64,000 nucleotides of DNA from Deltaproteobacteria bacterium (lineage in GTDB: Bacteria; Bdellovibrionota; FAC87; UBA2466), in assembly GCA_900299195.1 (NCBI GenBank), contig OMIX01000089.1:2892-66891 (forward strand). Reading direction: 5' to 3'. Each line of letters begins with the position of its first letter. The stretch's first letter is position 1. Below are positions 34,888 to 44,974 of the stretch, in pieces. A program made the position numbers and the translations under genes. The notes under the pieces were generated by a model that saw only the letters and a program-made list of their open reading frames with translations, did not search any database and was not told the DNA's origin.

Positions 34888-36308
34888 TTCACCAACTCAT
34901 CGGGAGTATAAACTTTAGAAATCGTTAATCGTTTTTCTTGTGGAATATCTTTTTGAAACTCTTCCAAATCCTTTGCAACCACATCTTTATCCGCCACCAA
35001 AGCGATCAACCAACTTTGAGTATTATGTTTTTCTTTTAACACTGATTTTAACTTCTTATTATTGATTCCACCGATTGTCTCAGAAAACTCCTCAGGACTT
35101 AAAATGGGAATGTTGTAGAGATAGCTCGTCAGTTTTTGAGAAACTCTTTTCTCTGCAGTTTCAAATTCAAAGGGATAGGAGTTAATCAAGCTATCTTTAG
35201 CCAAATCCAACTCATCTCCAGAAAGACCACTCTCTAAGTAGGACTTCCACATCTCTAGTGTTTTAAAAATAGTTTTAGATGTGTACTCAACACTAGGAGT
35301 TGAGGAAATACTAAACAGCCCTTGCTGATTCGATACCCCGCCCAACGATGCATAGGAACTGCCAATGGCATAGGTCCATCCCAATTCGCCTCGAATCGTT
35401 TTAAACAAACGAGAAACTAAAGGCTCACCCCCAAAGGAAAAATTTCCAGTTTTTAAGGTGTATCGATCGGGATCTTGAGCGGTAATTCCACCTTGTGCAA
35501 AAAAGAGAGAGCCCGTAGAGGTTTTTGGCTTGTGGATTACTATCAAAGTGGGCTTTTCAGGAATCTGTAACTTAACTGCCCGCTTAGGCGGCTTGGCCCC
35601 ATCGGGAAACTGTCGCCAAATCCGAGCAAAATCGGAAATCATTTCAGATTCAGGAAAAGGTGAAGCTGCTGCAAAAATAATTTTGGGTCGATCAAAATAA
35701 TCATTATATTTTCTTAGAACATCAGAAAGGGAAATTTTCTCAATAGTAGACTGACTTCCTATGACTGGACGCTCTAGAGGAGTGCCTTTAAAAATTTCTC
35801 TCCTCGCCGCGAGTCCGCCCAGTCGATTATTTGAATTTTTCACATGAAGAATGTCATTCAGGATTTCCCTTTTCAACTCTTGGAAATCTTTTTCAGTGAA
35901 AGCGGGATGAAGCAATGCCTCCTCCAAAAGAGCGATAAATTTTTGAGTATTTTCTTTAATCACTCCACCAGAAAATTGAATGGTATCTTGGGTAACGACC
36001 GCCGATAAAGCCCCACCCATTCTTTCCAATTCACTCTGAAACTTTTGTCGACTTCTTTTTTTAGTTCCACGAAGAACCATTTCGGCAACGATATTACTCA
36101 AACCACTTTTTTCTACCGGATCATCTACGCTTCCCGTCATGACGATCACACTCAAAGTGGTGGTCAGCGCTGAGGGATTTTTCTCGTAAAAAACTTTAGG
36201 TGATACAGGAACCCCATTTTCGGTTGCCGGTTCAGCCCGAAATGAGGTTTTGGTTTTTGAAAAAACTGACGATGCAATCAATAAAAAACAAAAGATGATG
36301 CGTAACAT
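34884..36308 (-). CDS. M16 (pitrilysin) family peptidase homolog lacking the HxxEH motif (probable non-catalytic partner)
   Basis: Signal peptide and M16 two-domain layout. GLSNIVAEMVLRGT occupies the HxxEH position. Confidence 0.7.
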   Translation of the reverse strand: MLRIIFCFLLIASSVFSKTKTSFRAEPATENGVPVSPKVFYEKNPSALTTTLSVIVMTGSVDDPVEKSGLSNIVAEMVLRGTKKRSRQKFQSELERMGGALSAVVTQDTIQFSGGVIKENTQKFIALLEEALLHPAFTEKDFQELKREILNDILHVKNSNNRLGGLAARREIFKGTPLERPVIGSQSTIEKISLSDVLRKYNDYFDRPKIIFAAASPFPESEMISDFARIWRQFPDGAKPPKRAVKLQIPEKPTLIVIHKPKTSTGSLFFAQGGITAQDPDRYTLKTGNFSFGGEPLVSRLFKTIRGELGWTYAIGSSYASLGGVSNQQGLFSISSTPSVEYTSKTIFKTLEMWKSYLESGLSGDELDLAKDSLINSYPFEFETAEKRVSQKLTSYLYNIPILSPEEFSETIGGINNKKLKSVLKEKHNTQSWLIALVADKDVVAKDLEEFQKDIPQEKRLTISKVYTPDELVN

Positions 36309-36313
36309 GGATG

Positions 36314-37687
36314 TTACCCTTTCGATGAAGTTTTAGATTGGGGTCGAACAATAACAACAGAACGAGATTCTTTTTTCAAAAAGTTTTTGGCAGCCTCTTT
36401 TAAATCCTGAGGTTTAAGTTTTTTAAACTCCTCAATAATTTCAAATCCCCTCAGGTAATTGCCACTCACCATTAAATAATCTCCCAACATATTTGCCATC
36501 GAAGAGTTGTCTTCAATCATACCGTAGAGAGACAAAAGTTCTTGGTTTAAAGCTCTTTCAAATTCTTCCTTTTTAATAGTTTGGCTTTTTAACAGGCTGA
36601 CTTCTCGATCAATGATCTCAATCGCCTCTTCTGCTCGATGTTTTTCCGCCAACGAAACAGAAAACTCGAGATAGTCCGGAACATTGCTCACCCCACAACT
36701 TGCTGAAACTGCAATTCCGGTATCTACCAATGTCTTTCTTAATCTTGACTCCATTCCTGTCGAAAGATGCGTACTTAGAAGCGATAATGGAACAATCGAA
36801 GGTGAGTTTACAGGTGGAATTCGATATCCTACCAAAAGAATGTCAGAAGTCGCTTGAGGGTGTTTTTTCTCAACTCGCCTTTCTTTCTTTTGGGAAGGTT
36901 CTTCCGGCATTTGATATCTCGGTATTTCCTGAGATTTCATATCGCCATAATACTTAACGATGAGAGGTAGTAATTCACTCTCCTCAGTATCGCCTACAAC
37001 AATAACGGTTGCATTATTGGGAGAGTAGAACGTTTTATAAAAATATTGGGCTTCTTCCAAAGTAAATCCTTTGATTTCTTCTTCAGTTCCTAAAACCGTG
37101 TACCTAAATGGAGCGACTTCAAAGACGGTGCGATTCAATTCATCCCAGGCTAATCGCCCCGGATTGTCCAAAGCCCGCCTCAACTCTCCAACGACTGCCC
37201 CCTTTTCTTTATCTAAAAGGGCGGCATCTAATTTAAGATTAGCCATTCGATCGGACTCAAGTTCGATTAATTTTTTTAATTGGTTTGAGGGAATACTCTC
37301 ATAGTAGTTGGTTCGGTAAAAATAGGTGGTTGCATTCTGTTTATCGCTTCCAATTCTGGAAGTGATTTCATCAAATTTACCGTCGGGATATTTGTCGGTT
37401 CCTCTAAACATCATATGTTCGAAAAGATGAGCCAATCCTGTCTTTTTAAGTTTTTGATCCATTTTTTCATCAAGAGATCCGATATCAAACCAAGTTTGGA
37501 AGGTCAGGACTTTAGCTTCATGCCTGGGGATCAATAAAACTTTCAACCCATTTGGAAGTTTGTACTCAGAAAGGGTCTCTCCATTGAAAAGTTTTTTATC
37601 GGACACTTTCTCAAAATCAGCTCCGAATACGCCTGAGAAAGTTAGAGCGGTTGCCAGAGTTAAAATATGCCACGATTTTTTATTCAT
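36314..37687 (-). CDS. M16 family zinc peptidase (catalytic subunit)
   Basis: Signal peptide; inverted zinc motif GLAHLFEHMMFRGT (HxxEH). Confidence 0.85.
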   Translation of the reverse strand: MNKKSWHILTLATALTFSGVFGADFEKVSDKKLFNGETLSEYKLPNGLKVLLIPRHEAKVLTFQTWFDIGSLDEKMDQKLKKTGLAHLFEHMMFRGTDKYPDGKFDEITSRIGSDKQNATTYFYRTNYYESIPSNQLKKLIELESDRMANLKLDAALLDKEKGAVVGELRRALDNPGRLAWDELNRTVFEVAPFRYTVLGTEEEIKGFTLEEAQYFYKTFYSPNNATVIVVGDTEESELLPLIVKYYGDMKSQEIPRYQMPEEPSQKKERRVEKKHPQATSDILLVGYRIPPVNSPSIVPLSLLSTHLSTGMESRLRKTLVDTGIAVSASCGVSNVPDYLEFSVSLAEKHRAEEAIEIIDREVSLLKSQTIKKEEFERALNQELLSLYGMIEDNSSMANMLGDYLMVSGNYLRGFEIIEEFKKLKPQDLKEAAKNFLKKESRSVVIVRPQSKTSSKG

Positions 37688-37701
37688 AAGATGTCAGATC
37701 C

Positions 37702-39144
37702 TTACTGTTTTGGAGTTTCAAGTTGATATAAAGACTCATCTTCAGAAAACGCAGGAGCCTTAGGCTCAGAGGCTCCTCCCTCTTTTGAAGAAGGCTCAGT
37801 AGAATTCATTTGATTGCTGTCGGATTCAGGCAATTGTTTTTTAACAGGTTCAGATATTTCAGATTCTTTTGGAATCTCAGTATGGGGATCTGATGGAGTT
37901 AATTCTAAAGAAGAATCAATTTTGGGATCGATAGGCGCCTTGGGCACCAATTTAATCTCAACCTCAGGGCTTCCCCCTTCAATCTTTTTCCCTTTGATTT
38001 TAGATTTGAAAGAGCCATTAGGAGCTCCTAACCCCAGAGCCAAAGTTAAAGCATATCTTCGACTGGGTAAACGACCCGGCCCACTTGACAACTCTTCTTG
38101 ATAAGTCGCGAAATCTAATTTGGCATAGGTCAGGTTAACACCTAATCCCACTGAAACATAACCTTGATGAATACCCGTTCTTACAGTCAACGCTCCTACG
38201 GGAACCTCAATCCCAAGATTTAGATGCTTTAAAATTTTTCCAGACCGAGCCCCCAAATGTGGATCGCTCTCTCCACCTAATTGAAACTCGGCAAGATCAG
38301 CCATCACATGATAGTGATCTACTAAATCACCTCCAGAGAAAACAGAATGCCAACCAATTGAAAAAGTACGGGTAAGACCAGGAGGTTGACCGGTGCTTTT
38401 GCTTCCCATAGAAAATGAGCTTGCAAGCAAATTACTCACTACAAATGAAATTCGATTAGCTTGTCCAAAGTCTAAATAGGGAATGTCGTACATGACTCCT
38501 AAATCAAAATCGATCCCAAATCCAGTTCCGCCAAGATCTTTGGGATTCAAATTCACTTTGTCGCCTTGAACCAAATCAGCCAAAGTTAAATTGACTCTGC
38601 CTCCGCTGCGAAGAATCCCTTTTGCCGTTAATCCGATGTGGGTATATTCATTACCCACGGTTCTTCCATAGCTAACCAGCAGTCCGGAATCGATAATTCC
38701 AGTGAAATCGACACTCGAATCGAGTTCTTTCCCAGAGAGCAAATAATCGGCTTTAACATCTCCTAGCAAAACTCCCACAGCTAAATGCTTCATTAAGAAA
38801 TAAGGTAGAACAGAGCCCCCTAAGTAAAGAGGATCTCCTTGATATTGAGCTAAAGCATCAATCGAATCGGCTAAGGATTTTGAAGACAGAGTCTTTTTAG
38901 TTTCAAAGGCAGCAAAAGTACGATTACCGACTTGACTACCGAAATTCACCATCGATTGTGTTTTACCTTGATAAAGGCTAACGCCGGCGGGATTGTAGAA
39001 CAGTGCGTACTCATCATCCGACCGCCCGTAGAACGCCCCCCCCATTCCCAAGGCGCGAATGCTTCGACTGATACCGTAGAACTCTCTCATCGCGAATGTT
39101 GGGACTACAAAAGATAGACATATGAGAAGGGTCAGTCTTTTCAT
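37702..39144 (-). CDS. Outer-membrane beta-barrel protein (paralog of 13651-14973) with a long disordered C-terminal tail
   Basis: Signal peptide. RSIRALGMGGAFYGRSDDEYALFYNPAGVS signature. TAATG 1-nt overlap with the upstream lipoprotein gene. Confidence 0.65.
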   Translation of the reverse strand: MKRLTLLICLSFVVPTFAMREFYGISRSIRALGMGGAFYGRSDDEYALFYNPAGVSLYQGKTQSMVNFGSQVGNRTFAAFETKKTLSSKSLADSIDALAQYQGDPLYLGGSVLPYFLMKHLAVGVLLGDVKADYLLSGKELDSSVDFTGIIDSGLLVSYGRTVGNEYTHIGLTAKGILRSGGRVNLTLADLVQGDKVNLNPKDLGGTGFGIDFDLGVMYDIPYLDFGQANRISFVVSNLLASSFSMGSKSTGQPPGLTRTFSIGWHSVFSGGDLVDHYHVMADLAEFQLGGESDPHLGARSGKILKHLNLGIEVPVGALTVRTGIHQGYVSVGLGVNLTYAKLDFATYQEELSSGPGRLPSRRYALTLALGLGAPNGSFKSKIKGKKIEGGSPEVEIKLVPKAPIDPKIDSSLELTPSDPHTEIPKESEISEPVKKQLPESDSNQMNSTEPSSKEGGASEPKAPAFSEDESLYQLETPKQ

Positions 39145-39905
39145 TAGTTGAATGTTTCCTTAAGCGCCCGTCTCACCGTATTCGTATTAGAATCGGTGAT
39201 TCCTGGGATGGATAATAATTTACTTAAGGCCCCTGCCAACTCGGTAAAACCAGCTGCGTTAAGGTCAGCGCTGGAGATCGCTTGGATGTCGGATGCACAA
39301 GCATCAACATCGGGTTTACACATTCCTGGACTTCCCGAAACCAATTCTCCATTGGAATCGCCTCCAATATCTACTGCACTCAAAACTCGATTGGCTTGAG
39401 CGTTAGGTGTTGTACAGTCATTGATATCTACATGAGTCGCTTGAAACATATCAGTCCTAGCCATTCGAATCGCACAATGGGAGAACAGAGCGATCGTTTT
39501 TAAAAGAACTGCCTCTTCTTTGTTACTTAAACTATTAAAATTCACACAATGGGTTTTTGCTAAATCTAAATCGGCCGACTTTCTCGAAGTCCACGGAACA
39601 AATTTTTGGGCGTAATTGGGTAACATTTTACTAGAGTTTTGATTCAAGCTATTAACTAAAACCGTTAAGGTGACTCCCCCTCGACTCAAATAGGTCTGAC
39701 AGAGTTTTTGTTGTTTGAGTGTGTTATCTTCCAATTTTTCATACTGCTCCAGGGCACAATCATAATTGGAATCCGATAAGCATTTTTGCGCCTCTTCAAG
39801 TTTATCCAGATCCGAACCGGTGGTATTAAAGGGCGTGTAAAGGTTGCAAGAAATAAGAGAGAGAATGATTAGCAATAAAATAAAGAAATGTAGGAATGGC
39901 TTCAT
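39144..39905 (-). CDS. Cys-rich lipoprotein, unknown function
   Basis: Lipobox LISC after a hydrophobic signal; about 10 Cys in the mature part. Confidence 0.55.
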   Translation of the reverse strand: MKPFLHFFILLLIILSLISCNLYTPFNTTGSDLDKLEEAQKCLSDSNYDCALEQYEKLEDNTLKQQKLCQTYLSRGGVTLTVLVNSLNQNSSKMLPNYAQKFVPWTSRKSADLDLAKTHCVNFNSLSNKEEAVLLKTIALFSHCAIRMARTDMFQATHVDINDCTTPNAQANRVLSAVDIGGDSNGELVSGSPGMCKPDVDACASDIQAISSADLNAAGFTELAGALSKLLSIPGITDSNTNTVRRALKETFN

Positions 39906-40004
39906 AGCTTTTGTGCGGTATAAGAAAATTTACCACAAAAGCTTATCGAAAAGTATTCAAAGACTTAGAGTTTTATGATGTGGCGAGTTACTAAACGAGT
40001 TTTG

Positions 40005-40580
40005 TCAACAACCCAATCCAAACTGCACAGCCCCCGTACAAAAAGCCGGCCGAACCGGTTGGAGTGAGGGTTGTGTCAAAACATCTCTCTGAACTAATTG
40101 CCAACCCGCTTGTTGAAGTTTTTGAGCACGATCTGAGGTAATTTCAAATCCTCTCGCAACTAAATTAGAGCCGACTCGACTCACAATTCCGCCTAACTGT
40201 GAAATAAACCAAGGTCGGGTTTCAGGATAATTAGCATACTGACCATTCGACATAGTCGAATACATCATAATGAAATTAATTAAATTGTCAGAACACTGCC
40301 CTCCCAAAGAAGGGATTACGGGAAGTCCTCCCCCCATTCCAGCTTGAGGGTTGCTCATCATCATCATGACTGGAGCTAAGCTATTAGCGCCCGATTTTCC
40401 GCATTCTTCTTTTGTTTGTTGGGCTAAAGTAAACATAGTTTGAAGTTGGGCCTGATCGGTAGGGTTATTCAATTTAAGCCCAGGCGGCTGCGGTGGTGGA
40501 GCCGAACTGTCTCCGCATCCAATCATGAAAAGCAGTAAACTTTGAGAAAAGAGAATCAAAATGTGTTTCATAACTAACAC
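40005..40580 (-). CDS. Lipoprotein, unknown function
   Basis: Lipobox MIGC; Met/Gly/Gln-rich mature sequence. Confidence 0.5.
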   Translation of the reverse strand: MLVMKHILILFSQSLLLFMIGCGDSSAPPPQPPGLKLNNPTDQAQLQTMFTLAQQTKEECGKSGANSLAPVMMMMSNPQAGMGGGLPVIPSLGGQCSDNLINFIMMYSTMSNGQYANYPETRPWFISQLGGIVSRVGSNLVARGFEITSDRAQKLQQAGWQLVQRDVLTQPSLQPVRPAFCTGAVQFGLGC

Positions 40581-40820
40581 TCCAAGCTAAACGGCTAATG
40601 GGACTCTTAATAAGTAAGGCTGCAACCCTGAGGCCACAAATAGACTACGAATAAACAGCTTACAAAGCTCTGAAGTCATTCACTTTTGTTAAGTTTTTAT
40701 GAGGCTGACTAGAACCTAGACAAAGAATATTTAATCGACAACGGCCCTAGAACTTAAAAAAAACATTGTTAAATCAGTATTTTAGGGTGGCTAGCTTTTT
40801 AGCAACCCAAACGACTAGCT

Positions 40821-41765
40821 TCAGTTCGCTTTAAGCTCTCTAGATAATCTTTCTCGAGTATATTCGACAAAGGACTTAATCCCCTCTTGGATAGAAATTC
40901 TAGGCTCCCAGCCAACTCTTTGCGTTTCTGAGATATCGGCCAAAGTTCTAAAAGCCTCTCCCGGCAACTCCGGCTTAAAAATTGGTTCAAGACCCGATTG
41001 GATTTCATTCTCAATCATTTGGAAAATTTCAAGAATGGAATAGTCTTTACCCGATCCCAAATTATAAATTCCCCCTTGAATGTTTTTCTCTCGTACAAGT
41101 TGGAGATGAAATCGATTGATATCATCGACATGAATAAAATCTCTTCTCTTTTCACCCGTTCCGTAAATGAAAGGTCTTTGTCCTTGTAAAAGCTTGATCG
41201 TAAAAGCACTCATGACCGGAGGAATCACTCTCCGCCAATCTTGGGCTGGACCATAAACATTAAAATAACGAACCGTAGAGATATTTAATCCGTAATAGTT
41301 TTTAAAGCCCTCTGCAATTAAAGCCCCGCTTCTTTTACTGCAAGCATAGATCGACATAGGCTTAACCCGATCAGTTTTAGAGGGAAAAGAGTCAATGCCT
41401 TCGTATTCAGCTGAAGTGTCCGAGTAGATCACATGAGGCACTCGATATTCGACACAAGCCTGCAAAACATTCGCTGTTCCCATCACGTTAATTCGAGCGG
41501 TGTCGACTGGATTTTTAGCACAGTCATCCAAACAATTTCTGGCAGCTAAATGAAAAACGGCCGAAGCCCCCTCTACATACCGGCCAAAATCGGAATCGCA
41601 AACGTCGATTTTCTTAAAATCGACTCCCTCTGGTAAATTTTCTAATGTTCCCGCCAAAAGATTATCGATAGCCACTACGAAATAACCTTCCTGCAATAAC
41701 ATCTTACAAAGATTACTTCCGATAAACCCGGCAGCCCCGGTCACGACTATTTTTTCACGCACCAT
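40821..41765 (-). CDS. NAD-dependent nucleotide-sugar epimerase/dehydratase (extended SDR)
   Basis: VTGAAGFIGSNL Rossmann motif, catalytic YACSK (YxxxK). Confidence 0.85.
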   Translation of the reverse strand: MVREKIVVTGAAGFIGSNLCKMLLQEGYFVVAIDNLLAGTLENLPEGVDFKKIDVCDSDFGRYVEGASAVFHLAARNCLDDCAKNPVDTARINVMGTANVLQACVEYRVPHVIYSDTSAEYEGIDSFPSKTDRVKPMSIYACSKRSGALIAEGFKNYYGLNISTVRYFNVYGPAQDWRRVIPPVMSAFTIKLLQGQRPFIYGTGEKRRDFIHVDDINRFHLQLVREKNIQGGIYNLGSGKDYSILEIFQMIENEIQSGLEPIFKPELPGEAFRTLADISETQRVGWEPRISIQEGIKSFVEYTRERLSRELKAN

Positions 41766-42483
41766 CGACGAAACTCCTCATTCGGATCAAACTGAGCTCT
41801 CTAAAGTTTTTTAAGGTTCCCCAGATGGGATGGTACCGAGTATCGCTGTCATTAGACCATTCCACAGGGAATTCAGCATGTTTCAGTTTCAGCTTTTTGG
41901 CGACAAGAAGGGCCTCAATATCAAACATGAAACCATCCGTTTTAACCCGTTCAAAAATCGATAGAGCCGCTTTTTTAGAATAAATTTTAAATCCACACTG
42001 AGTATCAGAGACCTGAACCCCCATAAACCCTTTCACAACCCACCAAAAAACTTTAGAACCCACTTTACGGTAAGTGGGTTGCTCCCGCTTGATTTTTGTG
42101 TCTTTTAATCGACGTGAAGCCAACGCAAAATCGGCCCCACCCTCGATTTGCTCAATCCCTTTGATCAAATAAGAAAAAGGAACACAAAGCCCGCTGTCAG
42201 CAAAAGCTATTAAATCCCCTTGAGCGTTCTTGACCCCATAGCGAATTGCATACCCCTTGCCTCGATTACCCCCATAACTCAAAACACGAAATTGCACTTG
42301 GGGCGTAGAAAACTTTTTACTGAGTTCTTCGGCCACTTTTTGGGTTTCATCTTGGCTCCCATCATTAATTATCAAAACCTCAGATGAAAAAGGCTGGGAC
42401 TCCAAAAAAAGACTCGCCGCATTAAAATCAGCATGGATTTTTTTGGCTTCGTTATAAGCAGGAATAATGAGACTTAATTTCAT
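41755..42483 (-). CDS. Family 2 glycosyltransferase (polyprenol-phosphate glycosyltransferase-like)
   Basis: LSLIIPAYNE, INDGSQDET, FADSG (DxD-type) motif; 11-nt overlap with the epimerase gene. Confidence 0.85.
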   Translation of the reverse strand: MKLSLIIPAYNEAKKIHADFNAASLFLESQPFSSEVLIINDGSQDETQKVAEELSKKFSTPQVQFRVLSYGGNRGKGYAIRYGVKNAQGDLIAFADSGLCVPFSYLIKGIEQIEGGADFALASRRLKDTKIKREQPTYRKVGSKVFWWVVKGFMGVQVSDTQCGFKIYSKKAALSIFERVKTDGFMFDIEALLVAKKLKLKHAEFPVEWSNDSDTRYHPIWGTLKNFRELSLIRMRSFVDGA

Positions 42484-42586
42484 AAGGTTTTGATAACCAA
42501 ATATCCTTGAAAGGGCAACCCTAAGCTAAGTTTCCGGCCTTTTACCTTTGACACCCTAATCCCCCTCTATCTATAGTGCAAAGCTT

Positions 42587-43660
42587 ATGATTATCACTCG
42601 AACGCCTTTTAGATTTACCTTGGGTGGTGGAGGTACAGACCTACCTTCTTATTATAGTAAATACGGGGGTTTAGTGTTCAGTGCTGCGATTGATAAATAC
42701 ATGTTCATTTCAGTGAATCGCCCTATTGTAGATGATTTGGTAAGAGTCAAATACTCCAAATCGGAGTGTGTGGCTTCAGTGAAAGAACTCCAACATGAAT
42801 TAGCTAAAGCGGCTCTTGAATTCACTGGAATCGAAAACGCTATCGAAATCTTGTCGATGGCCGATATTCCCGCTGGGACTGGACTGGGCTCTTCGAGCTG
42901 TTATGTCGTAGGCCTATTGAATGCTCTTCAATGTTTAAAAAGAGATATTCCTACCCAACCCCAACTCGCTGAGACAGCCTGTTACCTAGAAATGGATGTT
43001 CTCAAAAAACCGGTAGGAAAACAGGATCAATATGTAGCAGCCGTAGGCGGGCTTCCCATTCTAGAAATTGAGAAATCCGGAAAAGTGAATGTTCGCCAAG
43101 CTCACGTCTCCTATGAAGTCATGGACGAATTAAACCGAAACACTCTCATCTTTTACACGGGGATGACTCGATCGGCAGACGATATTTTAAAGCACCAAAA
43201 TTCTTCCGTAAAAAAAGATGATAAAGCAGTTACCGAAAGTTTGCACAGGATTAAGGAAATTGGTTATGAAATTATCGAAGCTATCGAATCGGGGAATTTG
43301 GATAGGTTCGGGCTTTTGATGGATGAACATTGGGAAAATAAGAAACGCTTATCCTCAAAAATTGCAGATTCTAGACTTGATAAAATTTATGCTACCGCCA
43401 AAGCCAACGGAGCACTGGGTGGAAAAGTCACCGGAGCTGGTGGAGGTGGTTTTTTTGTTTTTTATACCAGCCATCGGCACCAGCAACTTCGACGAGCTAT
43501 GCAACGAGAGGGGTTAAGAGAACTTCGTTATCGATTTGATACCGAGGGAAGTAAAGTACTGGTCAATTTATCAGATAGTCGAGGTCGTTATGACAACACT
43601 ACCCCGCAATGGAACGCAGTTCCCCATTACACTGATATCGGGATATCGGGGACTTGCTGA
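42587..43660 (+). CDS. GHMP sugar kinase, HddA-like (D-glycero-D-manno-heptose 7-phosphate kinase candidate)
   Basis: N-terminus IITRTPFRFTLGGGGTD, GHMP motif PAGTGLGSSS, C-terminal GAGGGGFF. Confidence 0.7.
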   Translation: MIITRTPFRFTLGGGGTDLPSYYSKYGGLVFSAAIDKYMFISVNRPIVDDLVRVKYSKSECVASVKELQHELAKAALEFTGIENAIEILSMADIPAGTGLGSSSCYVVGLLNALQCLKRDIPTQPQLAETACYLEMDVLKKPVGKQDQYVAAVGGLPILEIEKSGKVNVRQAHVSYEVMDELNRNTLIFYTGMTRSADDILKHQNSSVKKDDKAVTESLHRIKEIGYEIIEAIESGNLDRFGLLMDEHWENKKRLSSKIADSRLDKIYATAKANGALGGKVTGAGGGGFFVFYTSHRHQQLRRAMQREGLRELRYRFDTEGSKVLVNLSDSRGRYDNTTPQWNAVPHYTDIGISGTC

Positions 43661-44450
43661 AACAATCCTAGAACAAGCCACTCAAGAAGGCCATCAATTG
43701 TCCGTCTTGGTTAGAAATCAAGGGGCTTTGTCTGAACTTAAAGTAAAATTTCCTGAAGCTTTTTTTTGCATCGGGGATATCAAAAACAAAGTCGACTGTG
43801 AGCGGTGGGTGAACGAGACTCTCAAACGATGGAATCGAATTGATAATCTCATTAACAACGCGGCAATGACTGGCCCCACCGGGAAATTGGAGGAGTTGAA
43901 CTTTTCAGATTTTGAAGAAACCCTTCAAGTTAATTTTTTGGCTCCTATTTTTTTAACTCAATTGGTTCTTCCTTGCTTTCAATTACAAAAAAAAGGCACT
44001 GTCATTAACTTGTCCGGCGGAGGAGCCACGGCTCCGCGACCTTTCTTTGGACCTTACGGGGCAAGTAAATGTGCCCTAGTCAGATTTACTGAATCTTTGG
44101 CTTTGGAGTATCCCGAATTTAATTTTTACTCGATAGCTCCAGGAGCACTGAAGACCCCTATGATGGAGGGCATTTCAAAAACTTCTGCCGATAAAATTGG
44201 GAAAGAACAAGACGAAGCCATTCACCGTATGAAATACGGAGGAGATGATCCTAAGAAGGCTGCACAGCTCATCTTATGGCTATGCCAAAACCAACCTCGA
44301 ATCCTCAGTGGAAAATTAATCAGCGCGAAATGGGATAACTACCTTGAGTACTCATTGAATAACCCTAACATTCCTTATTGGACTTTAAGAAGGGTAGATG
44401 AAGCTTTGATTAAAACTTTGTCAAAAACTGATGGACCCCACTCATGTTAG
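43590..44450 (+). CDS. Short-chain dehydrogenase/reductase (classical SDR)
   Basis: TLISGYRGLAE cofactor loop, NNAA, catalytic YGASK. The only start upstream of the Rossmann loop is the ATG at 43590, giving a 71-nt overlap with the kinase gene. Confidence 0.7.
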   Translation: MTTLPRNGTQFPITLISGYRGLAETILEQATQEGHQLSVLVRNQGALSELKVKFPEAFFCIGDIKNKVDCERWVNETLKRWNRIDNLINNAAMTGPTGKLEELNFSDFEETLQVNFLAPIFLTQLVLPCFQLQKKGTVINLSGGGATAPRPFFGPYGASKCALVRFTESLALEYPEFNFYSIAPGALKTPMMEGISKTSADKIGKEQDEAIHRMKYGGDDPKKAAQLILWLCQNQPRILSGKLISAKWDNYLEYSLNNPNIPYWTLRRVDEALIKTLSKTDGPHSC

Positions 44451-44974
44451 GGAAAGCTCTATTTTTAGATCGAGACGGTATTTTTAATGAATTGGTCTTG
44501 AGAGATGGGACCTACCATTCACCAAGAAACTGGAATGAAGTAACCCATTACAACCTTGAGGGATTAGGACACTTTAAATCTTTAGGTTTTCAGTTGATCA
44601 TGGTCACCAATCAACCCGATATCGAAAGAAAAATCATAGATTCTACTTTTATCGACGAATTGCACCGTTATTACCAAGAACGCTACAGTTTAGATAAAAT
44701 CTATGTCTGCCCCTTTTCTTCAAATGACCACCCTTTAAAAAAACCCAATCCAGGAATGTTTTTCTTAGCTCAAAAAGAATTCCAGTTAGATCTATCTCAC
44801 TGTTTTATTTTGGGAGACACCGAAAAGGATACGTTAGCAGCCCGTCGATGTGGCATGAAAAGTATTTTATGGAACCGAAATTACAATCAAGGTGTTAAGG
44901 CTGACTTTACCGTGGATTCAATCAGTTCTTTACAACAGCTTTTTTGCCGTCTCATCGACCCCGCTTCCATTTAA
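44444..44974 (+). CDS. HAD-IIIA phosphatase, GmhB-like but lacking the Zn-binding Cys cluster
   Basis: LFLDRDG (DxD nucleophile), VTNQPDI, KKPNPGMF, GDTEKD; 7-nt overlap with the SDR gene. Confidence 0.65.
   Translation: MLGKALFLDRDGIFNELVLRDGTYHSPRNWNEVTHYNLEGLGHFKSLGFQLIMVTNQPDIERKIIDSTFIDELHRYYQERYSLDKIYVCPFSSNDHPLKKPNPGMFFLAQKEFQLDLSHCFILGDTEKDTLAARRCGMKSILWNRNYNQGVKADFTVDSISSLQQLFCRLIDPASI

Noticed and set aside
40799-41209. Small ORFs (63-71 aa) in alternative frames within the epimerase gene
   Set aside because: They are nested in, or antisense to, a CDS with clear Rossmann and YxxxK motifs. They have no independent signals.
43536-43660. Possible frameshift or fusion between the GHMP kinase and SDR genes (71-nt overlap)
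   Set aside because: Both proteins have complete N- and C-terminal motifs in their own frames, and no homopolymer slip site is evident. This is treated as a genuine overlap, with the start to be verified experimentally.
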